Shown in pieces: positions 54,369-64,000 of a stretch of DNA of 64,000 nucleotides. The notes under the pieces were generated by a model, which had not been told where the DNA came from, searched no databases, and was given only the letters and a program-made list of their open reading frames with translations. The translations under genes and the position numbers were made by a program. The DNA lies in the NCBI GenBank assembly GCA_030427705.1, contig JAUIBR010000002.1:156631-220630 (forward strand), written 5' to 3'. Positions within the stretch are counted from its first letter, which is position 1. Every line of letters starts with the position of its first letter. This DNA comes from a bacterium. Lineage in GTDB: Bacteria > Myxococcota_A > Bradymonadia > Bradymonadales > Bradymonadaceae.

Positions 54369-56870
54369 ATGAACTTCCAGTTGCGGGCGTTCTTCGCTCT
54401 TCTCATTTCGTTGCTTTTGATCGGATGCGGTGATGACACTGCGGAACCCGGCACCAAATCTTGTGATTTTGGGGAACGATTGAATCCAATCACCGGTCAG
54501 TGCATTCCGGTGCAGACGGCGAACAACGTTAACAACGTCAACAACGTCAACAATCAGAATAACGTCAACAACGTTAACAATCTGAATAACGTCAACAACA
54601 CGAACAACGTCAACAACGTCAACAACACCAACAACATGAACGACATGGGCATGGACGACGGTGTGAGCGAGCGTTGTGACCCCGCGTTGGACTCCGATAA
54701 TGACGGCCTGACCAACGACTGCGAGTGCATTCTGGGCACGTCCAGCTACGAGATGGACTCCGACAATGACGGCTTGAACGACAACGTTGAAGACGCAAAT
54801 GGCAACTGCTCAGTTGACCCAGGCGTTGAAACCGACCCTCGCAGCGCCGACACCGATGCCGACGGCGCAACGGACAGCGAAGAGATCGCAGCCAACTCGA
54901 ATCCACTCGATCAAGACTCCGACGATGACGGTGTTTTGGATGGTGCAGAGATTGCGTCCGGCTGCATGGACCCTAACTCCGAAGACACGGACAACGACAC
55001 GCTGCCAGACTCGGTGGAAGACGGCGACCTGAACGGCCAAATCGGCAACTGCGTAAATCGCGTGTACAACCCGACCTGTGCGCTTGGTGAAAGCGACCCG
55101 TGCCAGGCCGACACGGACGGCGACGGAACGCCCGACGTCGATGAAGCGCAGTACCGCGCATGCCGCCCCGAAGACACGAATAACCTCGCCACGCCAAACC
55201 TCTTGTTGAACATGGTTGGCGACTACCAACTGGCATACGATTCAGGCGTGACCACGTCGGTCGTTACATCAAGCGGTGGTGCGGTCGAAGCACACGTCTT
55301 CGAAGATATCACCCACAAGTACACCGGATTCATCGCGTCGCTCACACCTCCAGGTGGTGAGACGCTGCCAAGCCGATTGGATGACCATATCGTCAGCGAA
55401 ATGCAGGCACTCTACCCGAGCGCAGTTCGACGCGTCGGTGGGCGACAGGTGACGACGCATGACGGCTTCAAAGCCAACGTGGGCGCGATCGTCGATTTGC
55501 CAAACAACACCGCGCTGCACACGGCACGCGACACGATCCTTGCCCGCCTCGCAGGGCAGGCACCTGGAAACCTTAGCAACACGCTGACGGGCACGCTCAA
55601 CGGCAACAACTCGGAACCAACGCTCTTGGTCTACGAAGTTATCGCCCGTAGCCAGACGCAATACATCGTCGTTGGCGCAGTTGTCACTCTTTCTGACTAC
55701 CAAAATGACGCTGCCTTCTCAGGCATCCGGGTCGATGACCTCACCGGTGGAACCGCTGTCGCAGGCTCCATGGAAATGCTCACTGTCGATTGCGTTTCGT
55801 ACCGCGTGACGGCCAAACCAAAAGTTGACGTCATCATCTCGATCGATGGCTCAGGCTCGATGAGCGACGAACAGGCTGCATTGCAGAACTTCGCCGTCGA
55901 CTTCACGACCTTGCTGACTAACTCGAACCTCGATTGGCGGACCGCTGTGACGCGTCCGGATTGCGGAAGCAACGCGGCGTTGTCGCAAGAGGCACAGAAC
56001 CTGTTTGGCGGCGCAAGCTGCGGACCATCGATTCCGATTTCGATTCCTGGCTTCCCAGGCATCGGCGGTGACACCGGCGAGCTCGTCAACGGCGACTTCA
56101 CGGCAGACCCAATGGAATTGCGGCGACGATTGGACCCAGGTGTGTTCTCGGGCGGAGGTGAGTACACCATTTCTGCCCTGACCGCCGCGGCCGACCGCGC
56201 GCTGCCTCGTGACAACCAGAATCCAGCGAAATTCCGTGAAGATGCTGCGGTTATTCTGATTGCCATCACCGACGAAGAGGACGAGTTCTTCCAAGACGAC
56301 CTGTCGTTCGGCAACACCAGCAATATCACGCTGACGATGGCCGAGCAGACGGAGCTCGAGAATAAGACGTCGGATTGGGTCAACTTCCTGCTTAAACCTG
56401 AGCTTGGCGCGACCGCATTCGGTATCGTCTGGCCAACCGGTGAGCAGTGCCAACCTAACGGTTCGTTCGTGGCACACGCAGTGTCCCACATCGCCAACGA
56501 AACCGGTGGAACCGTCGGCTCCATCTGTCAGGCGGATATCACCAACACATTGCGAGTCATCGCCGAAGCCACAGCGGGTATCGCATCCGGACTGCGCCTT
56601 CGTGGTGTGCCGATTGCTCCAACCATCGAAGTCATCAACGGCTCGGCGACGACCGGCATGATCCTGCCGCTCAACCGAAGCCGTACTCAGGGCTTTGACT
56701 ACGACTCGATCGTCAACCGCGTTTCATTCACCGGCGCAAACACACCTCAAACTGGCGACCGCGTCGTGATTCCATACCGACGATGGGAAAACAGCGTGTT
56801 CGTATGTACCGCCAACGACGAATGCCCTGCCGAGCAGAAGCTCAAGTGTGTTGACGGCGAGTGCCGATGA
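54369..56870 (+). CDS. Lipoprotein with thrombospondin type-3-like Ca-binding repeats and a VWA domain
   Basis: MNFQLRAFFALLISLLLIGC-GDD then an NNVNNVNNVNNQNNVNNVNNLNN... linker. Repeated DxDxDGxxDxxE units (DSDNDGLTND, DTDADGATDSEE, DSDDDGVLDGAE, DTDNDTLPD, DTDGDGTPDVDE). VWA MIDAS is VDVIISIDGSGSMSDE. Confidence 0.6.
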   Translation: MNFQLRAFFALLISLLLIGCGDDTAEPGTKSCDFGERLNPITGQCIPVQTANNVNNVNNVNNQNNVNNVNNLNNVNNTNNVNNVNNTNNMNDMGMDDGVSERCDPALDSDNDGLTNDCECILGTSSYEMDSDNDGLNDNVEDANGNCSVDPGVETDPRSADTDADGATDSEEIAANSNPLDQDSDDDGVLDGAEIASGCMDPNSEDTDNDTLPDSVEDGDLNGQIGNCVNRVYNPTCALGESDPCQADTDGDGTPDVDEAQYRACRPEDTNNLATPNLLLNMVGDYQLAYDSGVTTSVVTSSGGAVEAHVFEDITHKYTGFIASLTPPGGETLPSRLDDHIVSEMQALYPSAVRRVGGRQVTTHDGFKANVGAIVDLPNNTALHTARDTILARLAGQAPGNLSNTLTGTLNGNNSEPTLLVYEVIARSQTQYIVVGAVVTLSDYQNDAAFSGIRVDDLTGGTAVAGSMEMLTVDCVSYRVTAKPKVDVIISIDGSGSMSDEQAALQNFAVDFTTLLTNSNLDWRTAVTRPDCGSNAALSQEAQNLFGGASCGPSIPISIPGFPGIGGDTGELVNGDFTADPMELRRRLDPGVFSGGGEYTISALTAAADRALPRDNQNPAKFREDAAVILIAITDEEDEFFQDDLSFGNTSNITLTMAEQTELENKTSDWVNFLLKPELGATAFGIVWPTGEQCQPNGSFVAHAVSHIANETGGTVGSICQADITNTLRVIAEATAGIASGLRLRGVPIAPTIEVINGSATTGMILPLNRSRTQGFDYDSIVNRVSFTGANTPQTGDRVVIPYRRWENSVFVCTANDECPAEQKLKCVDGECR

Positions 56871-57781
56871 GCAAGCCCTCGCCCGGTCAGCTGGCTTTCG
56901 CCGCGACCGGGTTTCTTTGCATAGCCACCCCGATACTTCTGGCGCTCTGCAATGTCCGAATCGAGCCCTCCTTCCTTTTCAAGGTCGCGGGGGCTGTCGT
57001 GTTTCTGCAGCTAGTCTCTATTCGGTACCGCAAACAGGATGAGAAGCCGCTTGTCGGGGCCATCAACGGCGCGGCATTGCTGATGGTCTTCACGACCGTC
57101 TATGCGGTCGCACACTACTGCCTGCCGCACATGGCGGGCGTGTTCTACGACGACACATTCGCTGCGATTGACGAAGCGATGGGCATGAGTGCCCGCGACA
57201 TCACCCTCTGGGCGCGTGAGTCCTGGGTCGATGATGCGCTGGCGAAAATCTACTACGCGTTCTTCTTTCAGTTTGCCCTCTACATTCCGTATGCGTCAGG
57301 CGTCCGGCGCGACTGGTACCGGATGTATGAGTGCCTCTCCAATATGTTTATCTCCGCGCTCATCGGCTTGGTTATCTTTGCCATCTGGCCGGCGAAGAAC
57401 ACGGTCTGGTTCTACAAGTTGGATGATATTCACGGGATGGTTGGCATCGCAGAGCAGCTGCAGCTACTGCAGGACGGCACGTTCGGACTACTCACCCATC
57501 AGAACGCATTGGGGCTTATGCAGTTTCCTTCGTTCCATGTCGCGATTGCCGTCATCCTGTGGTGGGACATGCGCTATGAACACAAGGCTGTGCTGGCGAT
57601 TGGTGGCGTTTGGACCGCTGTGATGAGCGTTTCAGCGGTTACCGCCGGCGCGCATTATGTCATCGATATCTGGGGCGGGATCGCCGTGGCAGCCATCAGT
57701 ATCTTGGCCACGAAATTGCTGACACGCCCACGAAATGAGGATGAGCTGGACCCCGTCCCGCTCTGGAGGCGCGACAGCTAG
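56867..57781 (+). CDS. PAP2-superfamily membrane phosphatase/transferase (putative)
   Basis: Six TM helices. PSFHVAIAV and HYVIDIWGG resemble PAP2 motifs 2 and 3. ATG 56867 overlaps the upstream stop (ATGA); the track start 56861 is a GTG. Confidence 0.5.
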   Translation: MSKPSPGQLAFAATGFLCIATPILLALCNVRIEPSFLFKVAGAVVFLQLVSIRYRKQDEKPLVGAINGAALLMVFTTVYAVAHYCLPHMAGVFYDDTFAAIDEAMGMSARDITLWARESWVDDALAKIYYAFFFQFALYIPYASGVRRDWYRMYECLSNMFISALIGLVIFAIWPAKNTVWFYKLDDIHGMVGIAEQLQLLQDGTFGLLTHQNALGLMQFPSFHVAIAVILWWDMRYEHKAVLAIGGVWTAVMSVSAVTAGAHYVIDIWGGIAVAAISILATKLLTRPRNEDELDPVPLWRRDS

Positions 57782-57811
57782 TCGATGATGCCTCGGTGAG
57801 CGAGCCATCTA

Positions 57812-57960
57812 CTCGCATATATTTTCGACTTATCACGTCTTTTTACCCATAACTCACATATATTTACGACTTATATGAAACATGTGTTTGATATTTAACT
57901 CGTATTAATTTACGATTAAAGCTGAATTTACCGTTTTACTCGCACTTATTTACGACTTAT
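57812..57960 (+). promoter_or_regulatory. Low-GC hipBA upstream region with four ~23-bp direct repeats (consensus ACTCGCATATATTTACGACTTAT); candidate operator array/promoter
   Basis: Copies at ~57813-57835, 57853-57875, 57900-57921 and 57938-57960. Spacing is 40, 47 and 38 bp (about four helical turns). The last copy ends in the hipB ATG. The region is ~32% GC against a ~59% background. Confidence 0.5.
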
Positions 57961-58282
57961 GAACGCAGAAACCTCACTCCAACAAGTTGCCCAGCGTCTG
58001 CGCCAACACCGAATCAACCGGCAACTCACCCAGGCTGAGCTCGCCGAAAAGGCCGGGGTCACGAAGCGAACGATCGAGAATTTGGAGAGCGGGAAGTCCA
58101 CGCAGTTTCTGACCGTGCTGAGGACGATGGAGGCTCTCGACCTACTTGAGAACATCGATGTCGCCATTCCGGAGGTCCCCGTCAGCCCCTTGTTGAAGCA
58201 TGCGCGGGACGGGGAGCAGCCACAAAGGGTTCGAAAATCCAAGCCCACGGCCGACACCGAATGGTCATGGGGGGATGAATGA
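57959..58282 (+). CDS. hipB: HipB-like XRE-family HTH antitoxin
   Basis: LRQHRINRQLTQAELAEKAGVTKRTIENLESGKS is an XRE HTH. 107 aa. Stop overlaps the hipA start (ATGA). Confidence 0.8.
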   Translation: MNAETSLQQVAQRLRQHRINRQLTQAELAEKAGVTKRTIENLESGKSTQFLTVLRTMEALDLLENIDVAIPEVPVSPLLKHARDGEQPQRVRKSKPTADTEWSWGDE

Positions 58283-59568
58283 CCACGGCTGCAGTCCGGC
58301 TTTGGGGCCGTCAAATCGGCGCGGTGTCGACTGTAGACGACCGCGACTACTGTGCATTTCAATACACGCCAGAGTTCGCAGCGAGCGGGATCGAGGTCGC
58401 GCCAATCTCGATGCCTCTGTCCAACCGAATCTACACATTCCCTGCCCTGTCCCGGACGACGTTCAATGGCCTACCCGGCCTGCTGTCCGACTCACTGCCC
58501 GACAAGTTTGGCAATCGACTCATCGATGTATGGCTCGCAAACCAAGGCCGGAAACCCGAGTCCTTCAACGCAGTCGAGCGGCTTTGCTATATCGGAAGCC
58601 GCGGTATTGGCGCGCTGGAGTTTGAGCCAGCGGTCGGTCCAACCACCGCAAGTGAACACTTGGAAGTTGCACAATTAGTTGAGCTCGCATCCACGATTCT
58701 CACGCAACGTGAGACGCTGTCCGGTTCGTTCGAAGACCCAGCTATGCGAGCAACGTTGTCCAGCATCCTTCGCGTCGGCACATCCGCCGGGGGCGCCCGT
58801 GCCAAGGCGCTCGTCGCATGGAACCCGGACACCGGCGAGGTACGCTCGGGGCAGATCGATGCCGAGGGATTTGGCTACTGGCTCCTGAAATTCGACGGGG
58901 TTTCAAACAACCGCGACAAGGAGCTCGCCGACCCGAAAGGCTTCGGTGCGATAGAGTATGCCTACTATCTTATGGCGACCGCCGCTGGCATCGACATGAT
59001 GGAATGTCGCCTGCTTGAAGAAGGCGGAAGACGTCATTTTATCACCCGCCGGTTCGACCGGCCTGATGGGCATCGGCTGCATATGCAATCCCTGTGTGCG
59101 ATGGCCCACTTCGACTTCAACGACGCCGGAGCTCATAGCTACGAACAGGCCTTTCAAGTGACTCGTGACATCGGTCTTTCCAAGGTCGACGTCGAGAAAC
59201 TCTACCGGCGTATGTGCTTCAACATCGTGGCCCGAAACCAGGACGACCACGTGAAGAACATCGCCTACTTGATGGACCGACACGGAAACTGGTCTCTCTC
59301 GCCCGCGTACGACATGACCTACAGCTACAACCCGCAGGGGGCGTGGACCGCTCGCCATCAGATGTCCATGAATGGCAAGCGCAGTGACTTCACAAAAGAC
59401 GACTTCGTGGCAAGCGCCAGGACGGCCGGATTGCCCCAAGGACGGGGCGCACGAATCCTGGACGAGGTCCGAGAGGTTGTAGGAGAGTGGAAAAGCTTCG
59501 CCAAGGAGGCGCGCATACCCGCTAAGCGATACAACGCCATCGCAAAAACGCATCGATTGTCATTCTGA
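58279..59568 (+). CDS. hipA: HipA-family Ser/Thr kinase toxin
   Basis: HipA N-terminal coupling domain, then the catalytic motif ARNQDDHVKNIAYLMDRHGNWSLSPAYD (HipA_C). 429 aa. Confidence 0.85.
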   Translation: MTTAAVRLWGRQIGAVSTVDDRDYCAFQYTPEFAASGIEVAPISMPLSNRIYTFPALSRTTFNGLPGLLSDSLPDKFGNRLIDVWLANQGRKPESFNAVERLCYIGSRGIGALEFEPAVGPTTASEHLEVAQLVELASTILTQRETLSGSFEDPAMRATLSSILRVGTSAGGARAKALVAWNPDTGEVRSGQIDAEGFGYWLLKFDGVSNNRDKELADPKGFGAIEYAYYLMATAAGIDMMECRLLEEGGRRHFITRRFDRPDGHRLHMQSLCAMAHFDFNDAGAHSYEQAFQVTRDIGLSKVDVEKLYRRMCFNIVARNQDDHVKNIAYLMDRHGNWSLSPAYDMTYSYNPQGAWTARHQMSMNGKRSDFTKDDFVASARTAGLPQGRGARILDEVREVVGEWKSFAKEARIPAKRYNAIAKTHRLSF

Positions 59569-61125
59569 TTCGGAATCCGATGACATGCCCAACATGTCGA
59601 ACTGCCACTCGTGGCCCATGTTGGCGTCGGTGATGGTCTCGTAGTCTTTGGCCAAAAACTTCATACGCTCAGCCGACACGAAGTTTCCTTCTTGAGCATT
59701 CATTTCTTCCATCAGCTCATCGATATGCGCTTTGTGCTCAGGAATCGCTGGGTCGTAAACGGGTTTTCCGTCGATCTTGAATTGCTCCAAAATCCCGCGC
59801 CAACGCTCAGTGTCGGGCTTGATCTCGTGGTCGGAACAGATGCCGCTTCGCATGTACGCGACGCAGTGATCGTACACGTTTAACATCGACCGCAACGCCC
59901 GCTTGGAGCCGGTCGTATTAACCATCACAATCCCTTTCGGATTCAGATGGTCTTTCATCAACTGCATGAATTCTTCGCTCAACAACGTCGACGAGAAGCC
60001 GCGCTGGTGAAATGACGTGTTGCTAATGATTGCATCGAACTTTCGATCGTTGGTGTGCATCCAACGACGGGCGTCATCCTCAACCAGTTCAACCTTGGGA
60101 TGGTCCAGCAACACCGCGCTCTCGGGGTATTTGCTGATGAGGTCGAAGTACCCAGGACTGATCTCGATGATCGTGACTTTTTCGATGCCAGGGTGTTCGA
60201 CCAGTACACGCGACCAGGAACCCGTAGCCATGCCAACGACAAGCACGGTCTTCGGGTCTTCATGAAAGGCACTCAGCGAATATGGCCGCACGATCCCATT
60301 CACATCATCGATGAGGTCGATGCTGAAGGTGCCGTCGTAGACACCGCCCCCGATCGCGACGTCCTCTTCGTCCACCGCGATGAAGCCTGACTTGGTCTCG
60401 AAGACGTATTTGAACTCTTGGGATTCGTACTCGGGACCGTAGTAGAGCTTCTCGAGCATGCCGCTGTAGACCGTGCCCGTGAGCCCAACAACAACCGCAA
60501 TACACGCCACGAGCGCTCCCGCCGCGCCGGCGAGCTTCGCCTTATCGGGGCGTGTGCTCGCGAATAGAACAAACGCCAAGGCGAGTCCGATGATCGTTAG
60601 GACCATCGCGATGGAGGCCGTGGACGCCACATCCAACCAAATGAATCCTGTGATGAGGCTGCCTCCAACCGAGCCAGCAATATTAGCCACGTACACGTAC
60701 GACAGACGTGACCCGACGTGCGAGTCTGCGGCGATGCCGTAGTGCATCAACACAGGCAGCTGCGCCCCGAAGATGCATGCGGCACCAAACACAAAGTAGA
60801 GCGCGGTAAACCCGGGTATTGCAACATGGAGTGTCACCAGCCATGCCATCGCCGGAATCACCAACCAACCAGCCAGCGCCCCGCCTCCGATGAACATCGC
60901 GAGCGAGCGCAGGGCTTCAGGCGAATACGTTGCCTTTCCGTTTGTGAAGCGTTTCGACCACTTTGCGCCGAGCGCGATACCGGCCAGGAACAGCCCAAGC
61001 AACATCGGAAACGCCGCAGCAGAACCGGCGGTGCTCCAGGTAAACAGGCGAGCCCAGAGAATCTCGTACGAGAGGCTGATGAACCCAGAGGCGAAGGACA
61101 GTCCCAGGACGATAAACCAGGTCAT
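59560..61125 (-). CDS. Spermidine-synthase-like aminopropyltransferase with N-terminal 7-TM domain
   Basis: N-terminal TM helices. C-terminal SpeE-like methyltransferase fold (VLVVGMATGSWSRVL, KVELVEDDARRWM, FDAIISNTS). Confidence 0.55.
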   Translation of the reverse strand: MTWFIVLGLSFASGFISLSYEILWARLFTWSTAGSAAAFPMLLGLFLAGIALGAKWSKRFTNGKATYSPEALRSLAMFIGGGALAGWLVIPAMAWLVTLHVAIPGFTALYFVFGAACIFGAQLPVLMHYGIAADSHVGSRLSYVYVANIAGSVGGSLITGFIWLDVASTASIAMVLTIIGLALAFVLFASTRPDKAKLAGAAGALVACIAVVVGLTGTVYSGMLEKLYYGPEYESQEFKYVFETKSGFIAVDEEDVAIGGGVYDGTFSIDLIDDVNGIVRPYSLSAFHEDPKTVLVVGMATGSWSRVLVEHPGIEKVTIIEISPGYFDLISKYPESAVLLDHPKVELVEDDARRWMHTNDRKFDAIISNTSFHQRGFSSTLLSEEFMQLMKDHLNPKGIVMVNTTGSKRALRSMLNVYDHCVAYMRSGICSDHEIKPDTERWRGILEQFKIDGKPVYDPAIPEHKAHIDELMEEMNAQEGNFVSAERMKFLAKDYETITDANMGHEWQFDMLGMSSDSESE

Positions 61126-61754
61126 TTGCGCCCCCTGAATTTCAGGTAGGTCACGCCGGCGACGATGAAGTTGAAAACAACGCCCAGCCCAACTGCCCCA
61201 TAGAGACCACCGAACCGGAAGATGAACATTGCAGCAAGGATACAGACGCTCGCGCTGCCCAAAGTGTTGAAGTGATAGAGGTCGCCAACGGCTTCACCGA
61301 CCTCGTGATCTTCACCGACAATATGTGTGACAAGAACTGGCAGAGTTGCGCCCATCAGCATGGTCGGGATGCACACAACACCAAACGCAATCGCGCCGGC
61401 TGCCAGCGCGGAAATACCCGCAGTAGCTTGCCCAACGCCGATAATCAACGGAACGCTAATCGCCCCAAACAAACCGATAGCAAGCTCGATACCTGCAAAA
61501 ATAGGAATCAGCTTTTCCGGGTACTTTTCAGAGACCACACCGCCAATCAAACTACCGACGCCAAGCCCTAGCATGAAGGCGGCAACGATCGCCGTGATGG
61601 CCTCGGAATTCGTGCCGTATGTCAAAAACAACAGGCGTTGCCATGCCAGCTGATAGAGCAACGCCGACATGCCAGAAAGGAAGAAGACGCCGTAGAGAAC
61701 CTTCAGCGCAATCGCTTTTCCCGGGTCTTCGTTTTGAGCAGCCTCGTCACTCAC
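61122..61754 (-). CDS. 6-TM membrane protein paralogous to the N-terminal membrane module of spermidine-synthase-like fusion proteins
   Basis: [16 protein letters not shown] matches ILWARLFTWSTAG in the downstream gene. ATGA overlap at 61122-61125. Confidence 0.45.
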   Translation of the reverse strand: MSDEAAQNEDPGKAIALKVLYGVFFLSGMSALLYQLAWQRLLFLTYGTNSEAITAIVAAFMLGLGVGSLIGGVVSEKYPEKLIPIFAGIELAIGLFGAISVPLIIGVGQATAGISALAAGAIAFGVVCIPTMLMGATLPVLVTHIVGEDHEVGEAVGDLYHFNTLGSASVCILAAMFIFRFGGLYGAVGLGVVFNFIVAGVTYLKFRGRK

Positions 61755-62764
61755 GCCGCAACTCGTTCAAAGTAGTTAGAGAACACCTGGATGGTGTGTT
61801 CGATATCACTGTCGCTTACGTCTTTATGCGTCACCAGTCGTGTGAAGTATCCCACGCGAAGAAGTACCCCCTGCTCTTCTGCAAACGCTTGCAGGTTCGC
61901 ATGATGGGCCGGGCTGACGCACAACATAACCATATTCGTATCGACCGAGTAGACGTCGAAGCCTGGAATGGCGCGCAAGCCATCCGCAAGGTCCGCAGCC
62001 CGACGATGGTCTTCGGCGAGTCGCTCAACGTTGTTCTGGAGGGCAAAGATACCGGCCGCGGCAATGATGCCGACCTGACGCATCCCGCCGCCGACCATCT
62101 TGCGCCATTTGTGAGCCTCGGCGATGAACTCGCGTGGGCCGCACAGCACCGACCCAATCGGCGCGCCCAGCCCCTTGCTGAGACAGACGGAGACTGTGTC
62201 GAAATGCTGAGTAATCTCTTGCACGTCAACGCCAAGGGCGACCGCAGCATTGAAGACGCGTGCGCCATCCAAATGCAGCGCCAAGCCGTGTTTGTCGACG
62301 AAGTGCCGCGCATCTTCCAGATACGAAAGCGGCAAAACCTTGCCTGAGGTTGTGTTCTCCAGGCACAGCAACTTGGTGCGTGCGAAATGGCAGTCGTCGG
62401 GTTTGATGTACTCCTCGACCATGCCTAGCGAGAGCGTGCCGTCGTCCTGGAACGGCAGCGGCTGGGGCTGAATGCTGCCCAACACGGCTGCGCCGCCACC
62501 TTCGTAGCGATAAGTGTGCGCTGTCTGGCCAACGATGTACTCGTCTCCCCGCTGACAATGCGACATTAGCCCCAAGAGGTTGCTCTGCGTCCCGCTGGGC
62601 ACGAACAACGCTGACTCCATGCCCACCATGTCCGCGGCCAACTCCTGCAGGCGCAGAACCGTCGGATCGTCGCCAAAGACGTCGTCCCCAACCTCTGCCT
62701 CAAACATGGCCTGCCGCATCGCATCGCAAGGCCGTGTGACTGTATCGCTTCGTAGATCAATCAT
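61751..62764 (-). CDS. ltaE: Low-specificity L-threonine aldolase
   Basis: [12 protein letters not shown]..., the PLP lysine context [12 protein letters not shown], and DGAR are all present. 337 aa. Confidence 0.9.
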   Translation of the reverse strand: MIDLRSDTVTRPCDAMRQAMFEAEVGDDVFGDDPTVLRLQELAADMVGMESALFVPSGTQSNLLGLMSHCQRGDEYIVGQTAHTYRYEGGGAAVLGSIQPQPLPFQDDGTLSLGMVEEYIKPDDCHFARTKLLCLENTTSGKVLPLSYLEDARHFVDKHGLALHLDGARVFNAAVALGVDVQEITQHFDTVSVCLSKGLGAPIGSVLCGPREFIAEAHKWRKMVGGGMRQVGIIAAAGIFALQNNVERLAEDHRRAADLADGLRAIPGFDVYSVDTNMVMLCVSPAHHANLQAFAEEQGVLLRVGYFTRLVTHKDVSDSDIEHTIQVFSNYFERVAA

Positions 62765-62771
62765 GCCGCAC

Positions 62772-63668
62772 TCAGGTACCAGAATAGCTCAGCCAGACAT
62801 CATCGAACTCGCCGTCTTTCGCATCGTCGAACTCGACCCAGAAATGAATATGACCTTCGCCGAACTCCTCTTGGTAGAGCAACAATTCGACATCGTCTTC
62901 GTCAACTTCGTCGTCGTCCCAAACCTCGTCTTCACCTTGCCAGTATGATGGCCGACCAAAGATGTGTTCATCGTGCTCAGACGGGTCGTGTGCGCACCCC
63001 AGAATCTTCGACAAACCATCGAAGAAGTCTTTTGGAAGGTACTTGGTGATATCGTCGTAATCGTAGGCTTCGCCCTCGCCGATGTAGAACACAAAGCCTG
63101 GTTTAAGCTCTACGCTGTGTGGGGCATCACGGAACTCCTCCATGTAGTGTTCCGCGTAGCTGTACTCGCCGTCGGGATACTCAGTGACCTGTAGATCGTC
63201 GAGTGGGCCGTCATAATGAATGGCAAGGCCATCCACGGCGCCGTCGAAGAACAAGTACAGCATTCCCGTCGCAGGTAGCTGCTCGGTAACGTCGACTGCC
63301 CGGATGTCTGCTAGATTAAGCTGCGCGCAGAAATAATGGTCTTCCGGCCAATCGAAGTCTGCGGGAAGGTGCGGCAAACCACGTAGTTTCGACGAGCCCA
63401 GATCGATTTCTGATTCAGGCGCGCGTTGCGAGTCGATCCCGATGCGAAATTGGAGGCTATCTGCCAATACGCCTGGGCTGACTTCATCGTTTAGAAAACG
63501 GGTACCGGCCCCGTCCCAATACAAAAGCCGGGCCTCCGGCTCGGCAAAGTCGCCGATGTTCTCTTCACCCCAACTCGCGGCCGCTTCAGGCAGCGCGAAG
63601 CCACGAACAAAATCTCGAGCAGCGTTAAGCTTCGACATTGGTACTCCAACGAAAAACGTTGGAGGCAA
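62772..63668 (-). CDS. Acidic DUF1963 (YwqG-like) family protein, putative
   Basis: 298 aa, very acidic C-terminus. The [25 protein letters not shown] and YLFFDG pattern resembles YwqG/DUF1963. Confidence 0.35.
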   Translation of the reverse strand: MPPTFFVGVPMSKLNAARDFVRGFALPEAAASWGEENIGDFAEPEARLLYWDGAGTRFLNDEVSPGVLADSLQFRIGIDSQRAPESEIDLGSSKLRGLPHLPADFDWPEDHYFCAQLNLADIRAVDVTEQLPATGMLYLFFDGAVDGLAIHYDGPLDDLQVTEYPDGEYSYAEHYMEEFRDAPHSVELKPGFVFYIGEGEAYDYDDITKYLPKDFFDGLSKILGCAHDPSEHDEHIFGRPSYWQGEDEVWDDDEVDEDDVELLLYQEEFGEGHIHFWVEFDDAKDGEFDDVWLSYSGT

Positions 63669-63704
63669 ACTACGCCGAGTTAGTGCCGGATGATAGGGGA
63701 AAAC

Positions 63705-63941
63705 CTAATTGATTCGGGTGTATCTGGTGTCAGGATCGGGCACGACATGGTCGGCCGCACCCTCTTTGTACGCGCCGTACTGCCGGAAATTTTTCCGCGC
63801 TTCCTGCAACGTCAGGCCGTTGGGGCCTTCACCCTCGTCGGGTTGGTCTGTGCCGTCGTCTTCCCAGAAGCAAACGAGGCAGATCTCGAAGCGGCCGCGT
63901 TCCTCGAGCGTCAGGTAGCCGCAACATGGGCACGGGCGCAT
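63705..63941 (-). CDS. CPCC-family cysteine-rich small protein
   Basis: MRPCPCCGYLTLEERGRFEICLVCFWEDDG carries the CPCC...C..C signature. 78 aa. Confidence 0.55.
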   Translation of the reverse strand: MRPCPCCGYLTLEERGRFEICLVCFWEDDGTDQPDEGEGPNGLTLQEARKNFRQYGAYKEGAADHVVPDPDTRYTRIN

Positions 63942-64000
63942 CGGTTCGATATCGCCAGTGATACGGGCATCGACCCCAATGCTCTTCAGCTGTTCTTGAA

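Overview
The window is a high-GC (~58-60%) chromosomal segment with about 50 CDSs packed on both strands. I found no rRNA, tRNA, CRISPR array, transposase or integrase. Several signals point to a Myxococcota/Bradymonadota-type deltaproteobacterium. Two secreted proteins end in MYXO-CTERM-like tails (GC[SA]... hydrophobic ... RRRR). Four lipoproteins carry Asn-rich NNVNNV linkers right after the lipobox Cys, encoded by hexanucleotide microsatellites. Eukaryote-like signalling and repeat domains are abundant (Ser/Thr kinase fused to a STAND NTPase and TPR, FHA, giant TPR and HEAT repeat proteins, cbEGF, TSP3, VWA). Housekeeping genes are recognisable, among them cobB/Sir2, cspA-like, galU, lgt, copA, ltaE, a macro-domain protein, an EamA transporter and an MMPL transporter. 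The most unusual content is: (i) a clear homologue of the eukaryotic major vault protein (MVP), co-directional with and immediately downstream of an 1140-aa all-TPR protein; (ii) a bacterial homologue of the eukaryotic N-degron enzyme Ntaq1 (N-terminal glutamine amidohydrolase, WDYHV motif) translationally coupled to an unknown 344-aa protein; (iii) a hipBA toxin-antitoxin module preceded by a low-GC island with four ~23-bp direct repeats at ~41-45-bp periodicity; (iv) tandem 648-aa paralogues with ATGA coupling; (v) a 12x cbEGF / 2x PPC-like giant lipoprotein abutting the MVP gene tail-to-tail with zero spacing; (vi) a GH31 / SRPBCC / MMPL operon. Gene starts were adjusted where signal peptides, SD motifs or coupling argued against the longest ORF; the track evidently also uses GTG starts.
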